A program made the position numbers and the translations under genes. Positions 1-10,437 of a DNA stretch of 64,000 nucleotides are shown here, piece by piece (the first letter of the stretch is position 1; each line of letters begins with the position of its first letter). Below the pieces are notes generated by a model. The model did no database searches. It saw only the letters and a list, made by a program, of their open reading frames with translations, and had not been told where the DNA came from. The stretch comes from Tepidisphaera sp. (GTDB lineage Bacteria > Planctomycetota > Phycisphaerae > Phycisphaerales > UBA1924), in NCBI GenBank assembly GCA_050916045.1, contig CP051526.1, positions 2,624,001 to 2,688,000 of the forward strand, written 5' to 3'.

Positions 1-2
1 CA

Positions 3-104
3 CAGCCTCAGGAAGCGGGGGCCGCCGTCCGCCACGAGATCCTTCCAGCCGGCCACGAGCTCACACAAGACGACATCCGCCTCGCGAAGGCGTTCTTGAC
101 CTGA
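3..104 (+). CDS. 3' end of a probable alpha/beta hydrolase (phospholipase/carboxylesterase-like), truncated by the window edge
   Basis: Manual translation QEAGAAVRHEILPAGHELTQDDIRLAKAFLT*; the GH-x-LT tail is typical of the catalytic-His end of small carboxylesterases. Confidence 0.55.
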   Translation, partial: QPQEAGAAVRHEILPAGHELTQDDIRLAKAFLT

Positions 105-165
105 TGTGACGCACATCCGCGACCACAGTGTGCGAGGGTCCGGCCTGCAGCAATCACCCCCGACC

Positions 166-1575
166 TCACGAACTCGCGTTCGTCGTCGCGGCCACGGATC
201 CCGTGTTCATCAGCGGCTGCCGACATTCCGGGCACAGGCCCCGCTTCTGCGCGAGCCTCCCTCGCCATCGCCAGAACGGCCCGAACAGCCAGAGATCGAC
301 GGACGCGATCGCAATCAGCCCGAGCAGCAAAAGCCCCAGGCCGCTCTTGTGAACCGAGAGCTTCTGCACCGTGTCGTCCGGCCTGATCCACGCGTAGGAC
401 ATCGACGACCCGAACCCGCTCCATCGCCGTTCCCACGCTGGCCGAACCGGGATCACCGGCCCCTCTTCAGGCCTTTGGAAGAACCCAAAGGACTCAAAGT
501 AGACCGTCGGCATCCACCCCGGATACTGACGCGAGACGCCCGTCTGGATCAAAGCCGTTGATGCGATCCAGACCCGCAGCGACTCGGAATCGTCGCCGGG
601 GCCCGTCGCGTCCAGAATCTCTCGAGCCAGAGCGCGATCCCCTCCCGGCATCGACGCAAGATTCTCGATCTCATCACCACCGCTCGCGATCCTGCGGAAC
701 TCCGGGAACTCAAGCGCCGGAACGGCCAGCGCGATCTGCCGAGGTGGAGAGTTCGCGAGAACGACCTCGTGGGTTCCTCCACTCCGTGCCAGAATCAAGC
801 CGAAGACCGCCAGGGGCGCGAGCCAAGCGACCGACGCCCGCACGCGACGCGAAAGGCTCCGACCTGTCCAACCCGACACCACGCCGATCGCCTTCCACAA
901 CGACCACACCGACAGCAGAACCACGCCCAACATCGCAAGCGGCGACGTCAAGTGATAGATGCAACTCACGTCATCTCCGCCGGCTTTCTCCGGCGGCGGC
1001 CGATGAACGACCATCGATTGCACCCAGCTCCACTCATCACGCGGCGACAACTCTGGGACCGACGAGCTTCCGAACGGATTCTCCTTCCGCCGATTCGGGT
1101 TGATCGTCGCTTGCCTGCGTCCCGTCCGCAGCACCGCGTCCTCGTAGTACGACGTCCGCGACTCGCTCACCCACCACGTCGGCCACCCGAACCACCACGC
1201 GACCGACCTCGAACCCTCACCCTCGGCGAACGACACAGAGACCCGCACCGGCCCGCCGAAACCGCCATCCCAACCTTCCTGCGCGATCTGCTTGTGCATG
1301 CTCGCCGCGAAACCAGCGCCGTCCGCCTCTCCGTTCGCGATGCGCTGCACCTGTGCCCGCGAAAATCCCGGCATGACGTACCTTGGAGACCACTCGCCCG
1401 ACGAGAAGCTGTTCGTGCTCGGAGTCACGGCGAACCACGCGAGAATCGCCACCCCGAGAACCAAGGGCGCGTACCGCCGGTAATGCCACCATGGAAGACA
1501 GATCGCACGAAACGAGGGCGTGTTCCATCCGCACTCGGTGCACATCCGATGGTCGCCCGACTTTGGCTTTCCCAT
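166..1575 (-). CDS. Hypothetical multi-pass membrane protein with CxxC knuckles at both ends
   Basis: ORF 166..1620, start moved to MGKPK; several TM segments; N-terminal CTECGW and C-terminal CPECRQ. Confidence 0.7.
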   Translation of the reverse strand: MGKPKSGDHRMCTECGWNTPSFRAICLPWWHYRRYAPLVLGVAILAWFAVTPSTNSFSSGEWSPRYVMPGFSRAQVQRIANGEADGAGFAASMHKQIAQEGWDGGFGGPVRVSVSFAEGEGSRSVAWWFGWPTWWVSESRTSYYEDAVLRTGRRQATINPNRRKENPFGSSSVPELSPRDEWSWVQSMVVHRPPPEKAGGDDVSCIYHLTSPLAMLGVVLLSVWSLWKAIGVVSGWTGRSLSRRVRASVAWLAPLAVFGLILARSGGTHEVVLANSPPRQIALAVPALEFPEFRRIASGGDEIENLASMPGGDRALAREILDATGPGDDSESLRVWIASTALIQTGVSRQYPGWMPTVYFESFGFFQRPEEGPVIPVRPAWERRWSGFGSSMSYAWIRPDDTVQKLSVHKSGLGLLLLGLIAIASVDLWLFGPFWRWRGRLAQKRGLCPECRQPLMNTGSVAATTNASS

Positions 1576-1950
1576 GCTCGTACCATACCACGTCGCGCAT
1601 CGCGATGTGCCCTGATTCACTCACTTCAACGCGTCGCTCTCGAACGATCCTCGCGAAGATCCGCCCCGCAGCTGCCACATTTCTGAGCCAGTCTCGGCGC
1701 GTGATACACCTCGGCGAGGCAAGCCCTTCATCCAACTCCAAGCAACCCGGGCGATCGAGCTTGCCGGTGTAACCACCGCCCGCGTTCGCACCGAAATCGA
1801 CTTGCGCCACGATCGCGTCCGCCGCGTCCAAACGCTCCGCCTGCGGCCTCTGGTGTCTGCCGAGATCGACCCCGCGGAGCAGCCTCCACGGGCCCGCGTT
1901 GCCAAATCTGCATCCGTGCGCACATCTCAGTAGGATGTGAATCAGTCACC

Positions 1951-2232
1951 ATGAGCATCTCCGTCGCCATGCTGAAAGCGTGTCTGTGCTTCGCGGCGAT
2001 CGTTGGCACAAGCCTCATCGGCGTGCTCGTGCAGAGCGACGCCGTGCGGCACCTGCTCTCCTTGGTCTCCACGATTTTCGCGGTGGGCATGTTCATGTCG
2101 CTTCAGGAGTGGTACAGGACCATCCGGGTTCCCGCACGCCGGCTGCGACGGGGGGAGTGCTTCGCGTGCGGGTACTCCCTTCACGGCGTCGAAGCCGGCA
2201 CGTGCCCGGAGTGCGGCACGAAGCGACCGTGA
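1951..2232 (+). CDS. Small membrane protein with C-terminal zinc ribbon
   Basis: Two hydrophobic helices, then RRLRRGECFACGYSLHG...CPECG. Confidence 0.75.
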   Translation: MSISVAMLKACLCFAAIVGTSLIGVLVQSDAVRHLLSLVSTIFAVGMFMSLQEWYRTIRVPARRLRRGECFACGYSLHGVEAGTCPECGTKRP

Positions 2233-2295
2233 CCCGGGAACGTCGCCCGATCAGGTCCCAACCACTTGACCGGGGCCGTGGCCTACACTGGCCCC

Positions 2296-3642
2296 ATGCC
2301 AAGTTGGATGCCCGGGTTCATCACGCCCCAGTTCATCGTCTCCGTCATCACGCTTTTCGTCGTGGTGCACGTCATTCTGATCTCGGTCGCCTATCTGGTG
2401 ATGGCGGAGCGAAAGGTCTCCGCGTACATCCAGGACCGGATCGGCCCCAACCGGACGGGGTTTGACTTCGGGTTGCCGTTCCTTTCCTTCCTCAAGGGGT
2501 GCCTGGGTCTGGGCCAGCCGCTTGCGGACGGGATCAAGTTCCTCGTGAAGGAGGACTTCACCCCGAGCCGGGTGGACAAGATCCTGTTCACGCTCGCGCC
2601 GGCGATCGTGGTGATCCCGGCGCTGATCGGGTTTGCGGTGATCCCGTGGGGCGGGTTCTGGAACGGCGATGTCTTCGGGCTGTTCGATCTGTTCGACGGC
2701 GAGGTGGTGGTCGCGGGGGCGAACGTCAACATCGGCATCGTGTATCTGCTCGCGGTCGCGTCGCTGGGCGTGTACGGCATCACGATCGGCGGCTGGGCGA
2801 GCAACAACAAGTTCTCGTTCCTTGGCGGGATGCGAGCGACGGCCCAGATGCTGTCGTACGAGATCCCGATGGGGCTGATCATCCTGGTGGTGCTGCTGAC
2901 CGTCGGCTCGCTTCGGACGACGGACATTCTCGAGTATCAGAACGCCCACGGCTGGCTTGTCTTCGCCCATCCGCTTGCGGCGCTCATCTTCTACATCTGC
3001 ATCCTGGCGGAGTCCAACCGGGCGCCGTTCGACAACGCGGAAGCCGAGCAGGAGCTTGTCGGCGGGTACCACACCGAGTATTCCTCGATGCGGTTCGCGC
3101 TGTACTTCCTGGCGGAGTACTCGCACATCGTGACGGGCACGGCGTTCTTCGTGCTCCTCTTCTTCGGCGGGTTTGAGCCGCTCCCGTTCATGCAGGTCTG
3201 GGGGATGGAAGCGACCGGGTTCGCCGCGGTGCTGCTGAAGTTCGGAATCTTCCTCGGGAAGACGATCGCGATCATCATGCTGACGATGGTGATCCGCTGG
3301 ACGATCCCGCGTCTGCGGTACGACCAGATCATGGTGATGGGCTGGTCGGGGCTGATCCCCATCAGCCTCGTCCTGGTCATCGCGACCAGCGTCGGGATCT
3401 ACATGGGCTGGCACACGCGTCCGGGCGTGGAAGCGACCCTTCTGATGCTCGGCATCAACGTCGCGGCGCTGGTCATCTCGTTCCTGGGTCAGCCGCTCTT
3501 CCCGCGTGCCCTCTCCAACCGCCGCCTGCCGCTTTACGGGTCCAGGTTCTCGCCGGTCGAGGGTGAGCGTGTGGACACGCGGCCGACGAACGCACTGGCT
3601 CTCGAAGACCGCCCGATCCAGGGCACGGCCCCGACGACCTGA
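2296..3642 (+). CDS. nuoH: NADH-quinone oxidoreductase subunit H
   Basis: ERKVSAYIQDRIGPNR, GQPLADGIK, GWASNNKFS, AESNRAPFD, EQELVGGYHTEYS, RWTIPRLRYDQ. Confidence 0.97.
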   Translation: MPSWMPGFITPQFIVSVITLFVVVHVILISVAYLVMAERKVSAYIQDRIGPNRTGFDFGLPFLSFLKGCLGLGQPLADGIKFLVKEDFTPSRVDKILFTLAPAIVVIPALIGFAVIPWGGFWNGDVFGLFDLFDGEVVVAGANVNIGIVYLLAVASLGVYGITIGGWASNNKFSFLGGMRATAQMLSYEIPMGLIILVVLLTVGSLRTTDILEYQNAHGWLVFAHPLAALIFYICILAESNRAPFDNAEAEQELVGGYHTEYSSMRFALYFLAEYSHIVTGTAFFVLLFFGGFEPLPFMQVWGMEATGFAAVLLKFGIFLGKTIAIIMLTMVIRWTIPRLRYDQIMVMGWSGLIPISLVLVIATSVGIYMGWHTRPGVEATLLMLGINVAALVISFLGQPLFPRALSNRRLPLYGSRFSPVEGERVDTRPTNALALEDRPIQGTAPTT

Positions 3643-3667
3643 GCCAAGTTTCCAACGAACTCCACGA

Positions 3668-3691
3668 GACGACCGCGCGAGCGGTCGTTTT
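3668..3691 (+). terminator. Probable intrinsic terminator after nuoH
   Basis: ACGACCGC-GCGA-GCGGTCGT hairpin followed by TTT. Confidence 0.6.
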
Positions 3692-3712
3692 CATTGGCGG
3701 ACTGACCTGTCC

Positions 3713-4288
3713 TCAGGCCTTCGGATGCGACCGAGGCGCGCTCGCGGTCGATCCGCCGCGTTCGGGAGCCAGGCTCCGGTAGTAGTAGGTGGTGCCGCAG
3801 AACGAGCCGTCGGGAAAGAGCGCGTAGCCGGGGATGTCGCCGACGCGGATCCAGCCGAGCTTGTGGTAGAGGCGGGATGCGTCGCTTTCCGTCACGGTGT
3901 CGAGGACGAGGAGGGTGCGACCTGCGAGGCGAGCGGCTTCTTCGGCGGCCCGCATCAGGGCTTCGCCCAGGCCGCGGCGTCGGGCGCGGCGGTGGACGAG
4001 CATCTTCGCGAGGTCGGCGCGGTGCGGCTGGTTGTCGGGCTGATCGAGGATCAGTTGGACGGTGCCGCAGATGCCGTGCTCATCTTCGGCGACGAGCAGG
4101 ATGCGAGTTCCGCAAGCGGCGACTTCCGCGACCCTTCGCCAGAACGCGATCGCGTGCTCCTTGCTCAGCGGGGACATGAAGCCGACCGATGCGCCTCCCG
4201 CGACGCAGTCGAGCAGAACCTCCGCGAGCGCGGCGATCTCCGGCTCGGTCGGGCTTTTGAGGCGGCGGATGGCGAGGGCTGGATGCAT
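3713..4288 (-). CDS. GNAT acetyltransferase (Ttr-like)
   Basis: DCVAGGASVGF, NQPHRADLAKMLVHRRARRRGLG, LLVLDT, GDIPGYAL. Confidence 0.9.
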   Translation of the reverse strand: MHPALAIRRLKSPTEPEIAALAEVLLDCVAGGASVGFMSPLSKEHAIAFWRRVAEVAACGTRILLVAEDEHGICGTVQLILDQPDNQPHRADLAKMLVHRRARRRGLGEALMRAAEEAARLAGRTLLVLDTVTESDASRLYHKLGWIRVGDIPGYALFPDGSFCGTTYYYRSLAPERGGSTASAPRSHPKA

Positions 4289-4325
4289 GCGGACTCCGTG
4301 TGGGCCTAGTCTATGAAGAGCTCCC

Positions 4326-4811
4326 ATGGCCAAGAAACCCCGCAGCACGACCGCTTCCAAAGCCGCGACAGGCAAAAGCATACTGCCGCGAACGGCCGCT
4401 CCGAAATTGCTCGCGGGAGGGAACCCGCAGATCGCCAAGGGTCTTGGCGAAGAGCCCGTCCAGGCATATCTGGCCGCGATGCCTGGCTGGAAGCAGGCGG
4501 TGGGTCGTCTCGTTGATCGGCTTGTGGGCAAAGCCGTGCCGGGAGTTCGCAAGGCCGTGAAGTGGAACTCGCCGCTGTATGGCTCGCCGGACGAGGAGGG
4601 GACGTGGTTCATGAGCATGCACTGCTTTGACAAGTACGTCAAGATCGCGTTCTTCCGGGGGGCGATGCTGACGCCGATTCCGCCGGGAGCTTCGAAGCAG
4701 CGGGACGTTCGGTACCTTGATGTGCATGAAGAATATCTTAGGTCGCTGGATGAAGAACTCTTCATATCGTGGGTGCAACAAGCATCGCGACTTCCGGGCG
4801 AATGTATGTGA
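4326..4811 (+). CDS. DUF1801 (YdhG-like) protein
   Basis: LLAGGNPQIAKG, AVKWNSPLYG, YVKIAFFRG, WVQQASRLPG. Confidence 0.85.
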   Translation: MAKKPRSTTASKAATGKSILPRTAAPKLLAGGNPQIAKGLGEEPVQAYLAAMPGWKQAVGRLVDRLVGKAVPGVRKAVKWNSPLYGSPDEEGTWFMSMHCFDKYVKIAFFRGAMLTPIPPGASKQRDVRYLDVHEEYLRSLDEELFISWVQQASRLPGECM

Positions 4812-4843
4812 CTCGCGTCGCTTCTTCGTGTAGGATGTTCTCC

Positions 4844-5368
4844 ATGGAGAAAGCAACAACGCGAGTGAAGAGAACGGTCGCGGGCATGAAGCGACCCGGC
4901 CCTCGGGCCTCTGATTCGCGCAAGGCCGCGGCGGGGTCGGAGATCGACGAGCGGATCATTCAGCTTGCGGACTGGCGGGGTGAGCTTCTCGCCAAGCTTC
5001 GCATCCTCATCAGGGAGGTCGATCCCTCGATCCGCGAGGATGTGAAGTGGCGCAAGCCTTCGAACGGCATGACGGGGGTTCCGGTCTGGTCCCTCGACGG
5101 GATCGTGTGCACCGGCGAGACGTATCGGAACTTCGTGAAGGTCACGTTTCCGAAGGGAGCGTCGATCAAGGATCCGGCAGGGCTTTTCAACGCGAGCACG
5201 GAGGGCGGAACGCGGCGTGCGATCGATCTTCACGAGGGCGACTTCATCAATGAAGCGGCCTTCCGGGATCTGATCAAGGCGGCGCTCACGCTCAATCAAC
5301 GCCGATCGGGCGGGACGCGGCGTGGCTCGAGGGTGAAGCGTGCGGCCGCGGGTCGCCGGCGGAAGTGA
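4844..5368 (+). CDS. DUF1801 (YdhG-like) protein
   Basis: DWRGELLAKLR, EDVKW...VPVWS, VKVTFPKGASIKDP..LFNAS.EG..RRAID. Confidence 0.85.
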   Translation: MEKATTRVKRTVAGMKRPGPRASDSRKAAAGSEIDERIIQLADWRGELLAKLRILIREVDPSIREDVKWRKPSNGMTGVPVWSLDGIVCTGETYRNFVKVTFPKGASIKDPAGLFNASTEGGTRRAIDLHEGDFINEAAFRDLIKAALTLNQRRSGGTRRGSRVKRAAAGRRRK

Positions 5369-5377
5369 CCGGGAGAA

Positions 5378-7876
5378 TCAGACTCGGCCGCCGATGGCGG
5401 GGTCGCTTTGGCTCCACGCTCCGGTCTCGAGGCGTCCGGCGAATCGACGCGAGAAGGGGCCGTCGGTCGAGATGGAGAGGTCGTACCAGCGGTGGCTTGT
5501 GGAGGTTGACATCCGCGTCTGGACCGAGCCCGTGGCGGGGACCGTGGCGTTGGACGGCGGATTGCCATAGGAAAGATCGCGGAGCGAGAGGCTTTGCTCG
5601 CGGTCTTCTCGTGAGCGGATGACGACTTCCGCGTCGGCGGTCTGGGCTCCGCGGGGCGGAGCGGCGAGCTGAACATCAAGTCGCGGATCGTTGGCGTCGC
5701 CGGTGAATTCCCACAGGAAGCCGTTGGGACCGTGGACGCGGATCCGGTACTGGCCATCGGCGAAGTCGGCGAGCTTCCAGCGGTCTTCGACGGAGTGGCC
5801 GGGCTCGACGGCGTAGTTGCGGCACGCGAAGGCGCCCGGTCCGGCGTTGGCGTAGGCGGTGAAGGGCGAGCCGGCGGCACGCTCGCCGAAGAGGGCGTTG
5901 CGGGCTTCGAGCTTAAGGATGAGTTCGTCGCGGGCGTCGCTCAGCGTGAGGCTAGCGAAGAGCTCGTACGGGAGCGGGCAGGAGGGGCGGGTGCCGGGCT
6001 CCTGCGAGGGAAGGAGCGGTGAGCGTGCGGCGTCGCGGCGGATAGACTCGACCTCGGACTCGCCGAGCTCGCGAAAGCCTGAGGGTATCTCGGCGAACTG
6101 GGCTCGATGGATCTGGGCGAGGAATTGCTCGCGTTCGAGCGGCTGGAGCTTGGGAGCCGAGTTGTCGGCGGCGCGGAACGCGGAAGTGAGGTCGCCGCAG
6201 ACGGTGCGACGCCAGCGGTTGATGTTGGGCTCGTGGACGCGAGACCCGGTCTTGCGCGAGAGGAACGTCTCGAGGAAGCGGAGCACCGAGGTGTGGTCGA
6301 AGACTTCGGAGCAGACGGCGCCGCCGCGGCTCCACGGTGAAGCGATGACCATGGGGACGCGATAGCCAAGGCCGATCGAGCTGTTCCGCGGCTGGCTTGG
6401 GTGCCACCGCCGGTCGCTTTCGAGGGGGATGAACTCCAAGCCCGCATCGATGCCGCCGGAGACACGGCCGGATGAGGGATCGGCCGGGTCGGGAGCGACG
6501 AACGGGGGGACGTGGTCGAAGTAGCCGTCGTTCTCGTCGTAGGTCAGGATGAAGATCGTCTTTTTCCAGGCCTCGGGGTTCTTGGTGAGGATGTCGAGCA
6601 CTTCGGAGAGGTACCACGCGCCGTACCACGCCGAATCGGGATGGTCGGAGAACTGCTGGGAAGGCACGAGCCACGAAACAGCGGGAAGCTTGCCTTCGGC
6701 GACGTCCTTTCGGAACTGGTGGAGCATGTCGCCCTTGGGGACCTTCATCCGGCGCTCGCGGTCGCCATCGCGGTAGGTGAGTTCCTCGAGCTCGCGGAAA
6801 TCGGGGTCGGCGGAGTTGATGGTGAACGCTCGTTCGTGGAGGCGGCGGGTGCGTTCGGGGAGAGCTTCGAAGCGTTCTCTTGAGAACTCGGAGCGCTCGG
6901 CTTGATAGCGGGCGTGGGTGCGTTCGAGCGAAGCGATGCGTTTCTTGATGGCGGGGAGTTTGTCCTCAGGGGCTTTCTCGGCTTGGGCGTTGAGGTCGGC
7001 GAGTTCGCCGGGGATCTCGCTGAGTCGCTTGAGGACGAATGCGTGGTGCGCGGGGGCGAAGCGGACGCCGAACTGGGCGAAGTACTCGATGGGGTTGTCG
7101 CCGAAGTTGGCGAGCCACGATTCGTGATCGGGTTCGAGGCCGGATTCGATGGTGAGTTCGTTCTGGTAGATGCGCCAGGGGACGCCGAGATCTTCGAGGC
7201 GTTCGGGGAAGGTCGTCCAGTTCACCCAGTTGCCGTAGTCGGCGTCCTGATTCAGCAAGCAGGGGAAAGCGTCCGCCGAGGGCGTGGCGCGGATGGTGCC
7301 GGACCAGAGGTGGAGGCGGTTGGGCGTCGTGCCGGTCAGGCAGGAGCAGAAGTTCTGGTCGCAGACGGTGAACGCGTCGGCGAGGGCGTAGTAGAACGGG
7401 ATGTCCTCGCGCGTGTAGTAGCCGAGGGTGAGGGGCATGCCCGCGAAGGCTTTCTCGCCGGAACCCTTCACGTGAAGCCAGCGGTCATAGCGGCCGTTGT
7501 TCCGGGCGTCGACCTGGTCGCCCCATGAGTGCGGAAGGCAGCCCATCCACGTCGAACGCGTGTCCTTGATGTTGAGGCGGAAGGGCAGAAATCGTTTGCC
7601 GGCGCGGTCCTGCTGCGCCCAGACGGGGCAGCCGTCGGGAAGCGGGATGGCTCGCGGATCTCCGAAACCGCGGACTCCGCGGAGGGTTCCGAAGGTGTGG
7701 TCGAACGAGCGGTTCTCCTGCATGAGGATCACGACGTGCTCGGCGTCGAGGAAACTCGAGCCGGGCTCGGGTTCGATCGCCATGGCGCGTTTGACGGAAT
7801 CCGGGAAAGCTCCCATGACTCCGGCTCCGGAGAGCAGGGCGGCGTACTTCATGAACTCGCGGCGAGGGATGGGCAT
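5378..7876 (-). CDS. Phosphocholine-specific phospholipase C (PlcN/PlcH phosphoesterase family), Tat-exported
   Basis: Tat signal RREFMK; HVVILMQENRSFDH, GTTPNR, YDENDGYFDHVPP, GLGYRVP, FDHTS; C-terminal DUF756-like repeats. Confidence 0.93.
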   Translation of the reverse strand: MPIPRREFMKYAALLSGAGVMGAFPDSVKRAMAIEPEPGSSFLDAEHVVILMQENRSFDHTFGTLRGVRGFGDPRAIPLPDGCPVWAQQDRAGKRFLPFRLNIKDTRSTWMGCLPHSWGDQVDARNNGRYDRWLHVKGSGEKAFAGMPLTLGYYTREDIPFYYALADAFTVCDQNFCSCLTGTTPNRLHLWSGTIRATPSADAFPCLLNQDADYGNWVNWTTFPERLEDLGVPWRIYQNELTIESGLEPDHESWLANFGDNPIEYFAQFGVRFAPAHHAFVLKRLSEIPGELADLNAQAEKAPEDKLPAIKKRIASLERTHARYQAERSEFSRERFEALPERTRRLHERAFTINSADPDFRELEELTYRDGDRERRMKVPKGDMLHQFRKDVAEGKLPAVSWLVPSQQFSDHPDSAWYGAWYLSEVLDILTKNPEAWKKTIFILTYDENDGYFDHVPPFVAPDPADPSSGRVSGGIDAGLEFIPLESDRRWHPSQPRNSSIGLGYRVPMVIASPWSRGGAVCSEVFDHTSVLRFLETFLSRKTGSRVHEPNINRWRRTVCGDLTSAFRAADNSAPKLQPLEREQFLAQIHRAQFAEIPSGFRELGESEVESIRRDAARSPLLPSQEPGTRPSCPLPYELFASLTLSDARDELILKLEARNALFGERAAGSPFTAYANAGPGAFACRNYAVEPGHSVEDRWKLADFADGQYRIRVHGPNGFLWEFTGDANDPRLDVQLAAPPRGAQTADAEVVIRSREDREQSLSLRDLSYGNPPSNATVPATGSVQTRMSTSTSHRWYDLSISTDGPFSRRFAGRLETGAWSQSDPAIGGRV

Positions 7877-7949
7877 GGGCGTAATCCTCGGACGTGTGGA
7901 GGCGCAGCATACCGCGTGCGAGGGGCGCGAGGAGCGGGTTTGGAGCGGC

Positions 7950-9221
7950 TTAGCGCGGCCAAAGCGCGAGAACGGCGACGGCGACGGCGAGTTTGACGCC
8001 GAAGAAGAAAGCGACGCGTTTGCCGAGGGCGGCGGAGCCGAGGGTGGCGATGATGATGCCCTTGAAGACGGCGTTGGACATGGAAGCGACCACGATCGCG
8101 CGCCACGCGGTGGACATCTCGGCGGCGGGGGCGGTGGAGGAATCAGGTGGGTTCACCATGCGGGACACGGAGAGGGTGATGGCGTCCATGTCGGTGAGGC
8201 CGGAGATGGCGGCGACGGCGTAGAGCCCGCTTTGGCCGAACCTGTCCTTGGCGGCGGCGACAGCGACGAGGACGAGGGCGTAGAGGCCGGCGAAGAAGAG
8301 GGCGGAACCCAGTTCGGTGGGGTTGGTGAGTTTGGGGAGGTCATCGCCGCTTTTCTGTGCGTTGCGCCAGCAGAAGAACGCGAGGATCGCGGAGACGGTG
8401 CCGAGAACGCCGATGGGGCCGGCGGCGACGGGCAGGAAGCGGGGCGCGACCAGGCCGATCTCGACCAGGACGCGGCCGTACACGACGGTTGACGCGATGA
8501 GGATGACGGCGGTGGAGGCGCCGACGTACTCGGGGGAGTTTGCGGCGCGGCGGGCGTAGGAGACGCTTGTCGCGGTGCTTGAGACCAGACCGCCGAGGAG
8601 ACCGCCGAGCAGAATACCGGCGCCGCCGCCGACGAACTTGTAGACGATGTAGCCGCCGAGGCTGATGCCGACGACGAGCACGACCATGAGCCAGATGTGG
8701 GCGGGGTTGAGGACGTCGTAGGGGCCGAAGGTGCGATCGGGGACGACGGGCAGGATGATGAGGCTGATGAGCGCGAACTGCATGATCGCGCGGACGTCGG
8801 TGTCGCCGAGGCGTGCCACGAATCCGTGCAGGATGGGCTTGGCGTGGAGGAGTATCGCGATGGCGGCGCCGACGGCAACGGCGGCTTCGCGGGGTCCGAG
8901 GATGACGTAGGCCCCGACGGCGAACATGGCGAGCATCGCGACTTCGGTGGTGACGCCGTGGCTTGGCTCTTCGTCGGGAGCGGCGTTTCGGGAAGCGGCG
9001 GCGATGATGGCGGCGAGGGCGAGGAAGCCGGCGGCGACGGCCCAGCCGCCGATGCCCAGTGGCGGGAGCGTCAGGAGGGCGCAGAGCGAGCCCGAGAGGG
9101 TCACCAGACCGAAGGTGCGGATGCCGCCGAGTTTGCGCTGCGTGCGCTCACGCTGAAGCCCGACCAGGAGGCCCAGACCGAGGGAAATCAGGAGGTTGGC
9201 GAAGATCGTCGAGACTTCCAC
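7950..9221 (-). CDS. MgtC/SapB family membrane protein with DUF4010
   Basis: GLLVGLQRE, GGIRTF, GVTTEVA, GGLVSSTAT, GLTDMDAIT; GTG start inferred. Confidence 0.88.
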   Translation of the reverse strand: MEVSTIFANLLISLGLGLLVGLQRERTQRKLGGIRTFGLVTLSGSLCALLTLPPLGIGGWAVAAGFLALAAIIAAASRNAAPDEEPSHGVTTEVAMLAMFAVGAYVILGPREAAVAVGAAIAILLHAKPILHGFVARLGDTDVRAIMQFALISLIILPVVPDRTFGPYDVLNPAHIWLMVVLVVGISLGGYIVYKFVGGGAGILLGGLLGGLVSSTATSVSYARRAANSPEYVGASTAVILIASTVVYGRVLVEIGLVAPRFLPVAAGPIGVLGTVSAILAFFCWRNAQKSGDDLPKLTNPTELGSALFFAGLYALVLVAVAAAKDRFGQSGLYAVAAISGLTDMDAITLSVSRMVNPPDSSTAPAAEMSTAWRAIVVASMSNAVFKGIIIATLGSAALGKRVAFFFGVKLAVAVAVLALWPR

Positions 9222-9456
9222 GTTGTGTGAGCGTACCCGATGCGCTCGCGGAATGGAACCCTGAGCTTGGCCCGGCGTTCGGCCGAACTTGCGCGGCGAC
9301 GGAAGTCGCAGCACCCGGGCGGCGGTCGCGCGAGCGAAGGTGATGCAAATCTGGGAGAATCGTGGAGGAATGAGGGGCGGAGGCGCGCATTTACGGTGGC
9401 GACGCTTCTCTCCTCGCGTGTTGCTTGGACGGCGGAACATCGATCAGGGGAGACGA

Positions 9457-10362
9457 ATGAGAACGATCACGGTCGGGCAGGGTGTGGGCGGGTGGCGGAA
9501 GCGGGCGGGTTTGCTTGTCGCTGCGGCGGCGAGCGTGCTCATGGTCATGGGTGGCTGCGCGGGGATCCCGCAGCAGGAGCTGAACGCGTACGTCGCGAGC
9601 GTGGGCGAAGCCAAGAAGACGGGGCAGACGATGCTCGCGGATTGGCGCTCGGCGCGGGCTGAGTTCGAGCGGCGGGAAGCCAAGCCGTCGGAGGAGCCCA
9701 AGGCGCCGATCGCTTTGGAGCTGCCTCCGCCTGCGGACGGGGCACTTTCGGCGGAGGATGCTCGCGAGTACGCGTGGGAGGCGATCGCGCTGTACACCGA
9801 GACGCTCGCCCGGCTGAACGCGGGGGAGAGCGTGGAGGATGTGCGGAAAGTGACGGGCCGGTTGGTCACGATCGCGACGCGGATCGCGGGGAGCGCGGTG
9901 CCGGGAATTTCGGAGCTTGGCTCGCTGCTTCAGGATGTCGTGGCGGAGCTTGAGCGGGCCCGGCTGGCGGCGGAATTCAAGAAGGGCGTGCAAAAGGGAG
10001 CTCCGATCATCCAGCGGATGATCCGCGAGGTTTTCATCCCGGATGCGAACAGTCATTACACGCTTCGGGCGGCGCTGGCGAGCGAGGATCACGGGGCGCT
10101 GGAAGTCGCGGACGGGATCGATGATGAGGAGAAGCGGCTTCGCCAGACGCGGATCGTGGATGAGACCAAGTCGCTCGCGGCTTCCATCGTGGCGTACCGG
10201 CAGCTTCTGATGCAGACGGATCGGGCGCTCGAAGAGCTTCGCGTCGCGGTGGAGAAGCCGGTGGATCTGGTCGCACAGACGGACAGGCTGCTTGATCTGG
10301 CGCTGCGGGCCAAGCGGCACTGGCAAGCGTACGAGAACGCGAAGCGCGAAGGGCGCGATTGA
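9457..10362 (+). CDS. Hypothetical alpha-helical lipoprotein
   Basis: Signal peptide with lipobox-like MGGC; codon usage typical of the window. Confidence 0.75.
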   Translation: MRTITVGQGVGGWRKRAGLLVAAAASVLMVMGGCAGIPQQELNAYVASVGEAKKTGQTMLADWRSARAEFERREAKPSEEPKAPIALELPPPADGALSAEDAREYAWEAIALYTETLARLNAGESVEDVRKVTGRLVTIATRIAGSAVPGISELGSLLQDVVAELERARLAAEFKKGVQKGAPIIQRMIREVFIPDANSHYTLRAALASEDHGALEVADGIDDEEKRLRQTRIVDETKSLAASIVAYRQLLMQTDRALEELRVAVEKPVDLVAQTDRLLDLALRAKRHWQAYENAKREGRD

Positions 10363-10437
10363 GCGGCGGGCCGAGCGTCCGCACACGTGAATCCAAGGAC
10401 AAGAGTTTCAAAGCAAGAGCCACAGGGAGAAACGACC

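Noticed and set aside
1600..1945. Short ORFs between the two zinc-ribbon genes
   Set aside because: No frame shows a convincing start, motif or codon bias; left unannotated
3713..5299. 528 aa ORF as one large protein
   Set aside because: Only the last 191 aa are GNAT; the upstream part is antisense to the two DUF1801 genes
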